Translations under genes and position numbers: made by a program
Notes under the pieces: model-generated
What the model was told of the DNA's origin: nothing
Seen by the model: only the letters and a program-made list of their open reading frames with translations
Databases searched by the model: none
From: Neoechinorhynchus agilis
Taxonomy: Eukaryota; Animalia; Acanthocephala
Assembly: GCA_051530055.1 (NCBI GenBank)
Contig: CM121342.1
Location: 8,155,412 to 8,219,411, forward strand
Direction of reading: 5' to 3'
DNA length: 64,000 bases
Shown here: positions 59,806 to 64,000 of the stretch, piece after piece
Layout of the letters: each line of letters opens with the position of its first letter
Position numbering within the stretch: the stretch's first letter is position 1

Positions 59806-62470
59806 ATGAAAATTACGAAATCGGGAGAATTTTGGAATCACTGCCCAAGGGATTCCCAATGTGTTGGTTCCGGCCTTCTGCCGGCAAACTCAGCTCCTCA
59901 GCTCAATGAACCTCGTCAAAACATCCAAAACATCGTACATTGCACCCCTTCGTTGTTGGAGATCGTGCGCGTTTTGCCCAGAAACATCCAGAAACGGATC
60001 CCGGAGGACGCTCAATTTCAGGTAGCGAAGAGGTATTCAGCTGAGCGACTGTCTCGAGACAAATACCGAAATATCTTGTACAGGCCTTTTCGCATTCCCG
60101 AGAGTGGTACTTTGTGCTGGAGTAAAATCTGACGAGTCCCTTGTTACCCTCATCAAAAACCGGGTGTCCTCCTTCGACAATCCGTTCGGAGAGGTCCTAC
60201 GCAAAGCTCGCGTTTTTTAGGAAAGATTTTTCAAAGCTACCGAATCCGAGCCGAGTTTCGACCCGTTCAATGAACCAGAGACTGTCTTCTAAACTCGCCG
60301 ATGGTGATGTGAGAGGCGCAGTTCGTATTCTATCATCCACCAACGAATTCGCAAGAGATGATACGAAAACTGACGAACTTCTCAGAGATAAACATCCTCG
60401 ATCCGCTGGTCATCTAGAATATTCGTAGATGATCCCCTCGTGCACCCCGTTGGAGTTTTCGGTTGATGTTGCTAAAAAAAGCCGTTTCTTCGTTCGCAAA
60501 TGGGTCAGCACATTGGCTCGACGGACTTCGGCCTCAGCACTTAAAGGACATGATGTCCTTCTCCGTAGGTGATCCATCCCATGTTCTCCTGAACGCCTTG
60601 ACTCGGTTAGTCGGCGTTTTCTCTGGAGACAACCTGTCTCCCAAAGTTATCGAATTCTTTTTTGGCGCTTCCTTCTGCGCTTTAGAAAAGAAGGACGGTG
60701 GGATTCGTCCCATCGCTATTGGCTCTACATTGAGACGACTAGCAGGGAAAGTGATTTCTAGGCGAGTCTTAGAAAATGTTGCTGAAATTCTTCGTCCAGT
60801 TCAACTAGGTTGCTGCACACCTTGCGGGGCGGAAGCCATGGTCGACGCACTCCGTACATTTGTTATTGAGAACGTCAAACCGTGTTTGATCCTAAAATTA
60901 GGTTTCTCGGAACGCCTTCAATTCCGTTAATCGCGACTCTCTCTCTTAAAAGATGTCAGAGATCACGTGCCGGAGGCTTACGGGTATTTTAGAAATTCGT
61001 ACTGAGCTGCGACCCCTCTTGTATTCAACGATCAAATCATTCCTTCCGATTGAGGCGTTCAGCAGGGAAACCCATTAGGCCCCATTGGTTTCGCGCTCAC
61101 AATAAACGAATTAGCGCATTCTCTTGATGCCGAATTCAATGCCTGGTACCCGGACGATGCTACGCTGGGAGGCGATGCCCAGGTAGTTGTCCGTGACCTG
61201 GAGAAAATCAAGATGGGTGCAAGCAAACTGGGCATTGAATTGAACACAGAAAAGTGCGAAATTCTATTCTGTAACATAGAGACGGGCCCTGCAGAAGACG
61301 TAATAAATTGCGACTTTGAAAATGTTGCACCCGGGATAGAAATGATCGACCTTGACCGGCTTAAGCTTTTGGACAGTTTCGTATTTGATGGGAATGTAGA
61401 GAACGAAATTAACAGCCTTCTAACCGTTTTTCAAGCACAAGGTTCAGCTTGGAAAGCGGAATAACAGATTGAAGGACTGTCTCGAGCAAGTTTTAAATGT
61501 CCAGCTGTCAGAAGGGGCATGGCAACAAGCATCCTTGCCTGTATCTTCTGGCGGGTTGGGCATCCGGAAAACAGCAGACATATCCCTGCCCGCATTTTTA
61601 GGCTCCTACGAGGGAAGCAAAAGCGCAGTTCAGCGCATTTTGAAATTTACTTATCATTTTGATAGGCATTTTGAAGAGGGAATCAGTGAGTGGTGTACAC
61701 TGACCAACTCCGATCAAGTACCTGCGAATGGTCAAACACAATCTGTGTGGGATCGACCTCTCATCGCAAGAGTTCAAAGCTCTCTCTCTTATCAGACTCA
61801 AGCGACGACGTTGTCCGTGCCAGGTTGTTGGCAGTCTCCACTAGAGAATCCACGGTCCCGCTGGCATCCGAGGGTACTATCCGACGAGGCAAAACGGGTC
61901 GGAGTTTCAATGAGACTGGGACTACCGATGTGTCATCCCCACCGATGCCGCTGCGGTACAAATATGGATTCGTCGGGACGTCATGGTCTCATCTGTAGAA
62001 ATTCAGCCGGCAGATTTGCAAGACATGCCGAAATTGACATGGTGCTGAGCCGGGCCCTTGTTATGTGGTACATGCCCCCAATATTTTGGAACCAGTAAAC
62101 CTCTGTAGGGACGACGGACGTAGACCTGATAAGGTGACCGTATTTCCGTGGCGGGAGGGTAAATGCCTCTTCTGGGACGCCAATTGTGTCGATACACTCG
62201 CGGTCTCAAGCTGGAGGTGCCGTGAGCGCTGCGGAAGGACGGAAAACGGCAAAATACCTCGATTTAGCCCGGGCCCATGTGTTTGTGCCTTTTGGGGTTG
62301 AGACATACGGATCTCTTGATAGCAAGGCTCTTCAACTTCTGAAGGATCTGAAGCGACGCCAGGTCAATACCTGGTTCAAAATTTCAGCATCGCCGTGTTG
62401 AGAGGCAACACTTCAAGCATTCGGGCGACAATTGAGGACGAGGACGGCTAGGCATATAACAGCTTGTGAG
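59806..62470 (+). mobile_element. Near full-length but frameshifted CRE-like non-LTR retrotransposon (RT plus C-terminal RLE)
   Basis: [78 protein letters not shown] and [10 protein letters not shown]. Confidence 0.92.
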
Positions 62471-62586
62471 CGAGCGCTGAAATAAATACATTTGATTATT
62501 AAAAAACAATTCAGCAGGAATTTAAACACATTCGAAACTGTGAAGCAGACAATTGTATGGAAATTTTTAATGCTACTAATGGGCGA

Positions 62587-62657
62587 GCATTGGTGGTTCA
62601 GTGGTAGAATTCTCGCCTGCCACGCGGGAGACCCGGGTTCGATTCCCGGCCAATGCA
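62587..62657 (+). tRNA. tRNA-Gly(GCC)
   Basis: GCATTGG/CCAATGC acceptor stem, GCC anticodon, GGTTCGATTCC T-loop; 71 nt. Confidence 0.97.
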
Positions 62658-63084
62658 ACAGGCGATTGAACACCGACAAACGTTCCCAGGAAGACCGCAC
62701 TTCTCTCACTCCCTAAAATTCGGCAGCAATCAATTCTTCTAAAATACATAATAAAATCATGCCGACACGGACTTATGTTCACTAAGTCAACAATAAAATT
62801 ATTCTTTTAGCAGCGCAGCGATCCAACGCCGATATGCCGCAGGCGCTAAAGGGAGAGAACTCACACGGATGGCCATCTTCTCCTCGGGATGCATCAGATT
62901 ATCTGAAGGCGTTTAAAAATTCATATCTTCCCGGATCAAAGATAACACAAAATGGAATAATTTGCTCTTCGGGATTCTCCGTGCTCTGACGATGTCAAAG
63001 GTGAAACCTTCCTCGTTAACAACGGCGTCGACATTGAGAATCGGAATCGATGTCTCGATGATGAACGTCTTTTAAAGATTCGAT

Positions 63085-63156
63085 CTCGGTGTCGGGGAAT
63101 CGAACCCCGGTCACCCGCGTGACAGGCGGGTATACTCACCACTATACTAACACCGA
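63085..63156 (-). tRNA. tRNA-Asp(GTC)
   Basis: Minus strand TCGGTGTTAGTATAGTGGTGAGTATACCCGCCTGTCACGCGGGTGACCGGGGTTCGATTCCCCGACACCGAG; 72 nt. Confidence 0.97.
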
Positions 63157-63475
63157 CGCTTAAAATTTCATCCACGGATATTGGAAAATCAAATCCGATT
63201 TATCGGAATCTTATCTCTCTTATTGTAAATCTCCAAATGCCTCCAGCTCTATCTCGCCTAAAATTAACTAAAATACATCATCTCTGAAAAATGGCCGGGA
63301 TAATCAATGCCAGTTTTATAATGAAACGTTTTAAATCACCAAAAACCAAAAACGTCTGGATTTTCCAAAAAGAAACTTAATAGATTTTGAAGAATTGATG
63401 GAAAATGAGTACACGTTTTCGAAAATCAAAATTATTGACCAACAAAAAACGATACTCAAGATAAATAAATTTAAA

Positions 63476-64000
63476 GGCAGCTAAAGTTCTATGTAAACGA
63501 ATCACAGACAAGGTAGGCGCACAATTTCGACCTGTACAACTTGGTTGCTGTACCTCGTGTGGTACCAAGGCGATCGTTCATGCTCTTCGTAATTATATTG
63601 AAAATTCGACTTCGCCAAGTGTTGTGCTTAAACTCGACTTTAAAAACGCGTTCAACTCATTGAATCGACGTTCCCTCCTAAATAGGATAATCGAAAACGT
63701 ACCGGATATTTTCCCGTACTTTCAAACAGCTTACGGCTCAAAGACGCCTCTAATATATGAGAATAATATAATATGGTCGGAGTCCGGAGTTCAGCATGGA
63801 GACCCCCTGGGCCCGATCGGTTTCTCAGTCGCAGTTAATCACGTTGCTAAATCTTTAAAGTCCAAATTCAATGCTTGGTATCTCGACGACGGAACTTTGG
63901 GAGACTATCCAGCAATAGTTCTGGACGATTTTAAAATATTCGTAGAAAAAACCAAAGAACTGGGGTTGCAACTCAATTTCGCAAAGTGCCAAATTCTGCT
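63476..64000 (+). mobile_element. 5'-truncated CRE-like RT, open frame running off the window
   Basis: RPVQLGC, LKLDFKNAFNSL, GVQHGDPLGP and AWYLDDGTL with no stop; absent from the ORF track, presumably because it is unterminated. Confidence 0.9.

Noticed and set aside
1-64000. Spliced-leader or U snRNA genes as CRE targets
   Set aside because: No convincing SL, U1, U2 or U6 sequence was seen by eye; an Infernal/Rfam scan would be needed to exclude them.

Overview
Eukaryotic DNA from an AT-rich, compact genome with short introns (confirmed canonical introns are mostly 42-60 nt), most likely a fast-evolving metazoan. It is not prokaryotic and has no CRISPR array. Recognisable genes: two near-identical intronless, divergent TFIIB genes, Cdh1/fizzy-related, an SR-rich cyclophilin (PPIG/CypG-like), U1C (SNRPC), AP-1 mu (AP1M), a Tctex-1-like light chain, an SLC17/sialin-like MFS transporter, tRNA-Gly(GCC) and tRNA-Asp(GTC). 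A ~7 kb inverted segmental duplication (5997-13087 / 37559-44019) brackets the central 25 kb. Retroelement debris is dense: at least nine CRE-like (RT plus restriction-like endonuclease) fragments, a CCHC-ORF1/APE/RT LINE family, one Penelope GIY-YIG fragment and one Ty3/gypsy fragment. The most striking signal is in two otherwise intact conserved genes (cyclophilin and AP-1 mu). Each has an intervening sequence that must be removed to restore the conserved protein, yet cannot be removed exactly by GT-AG splicing. Both sit at a GTA (Val) codon, are flanked by a TA duplication and have base-paired ends. The window also holds several long fold-back elements, two of which carry splice signals readable on both strands. 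Together these suggest a hairpin/MITE-derived, non-canonical intron system. All alignments and counts were done by eye; no searches were run.
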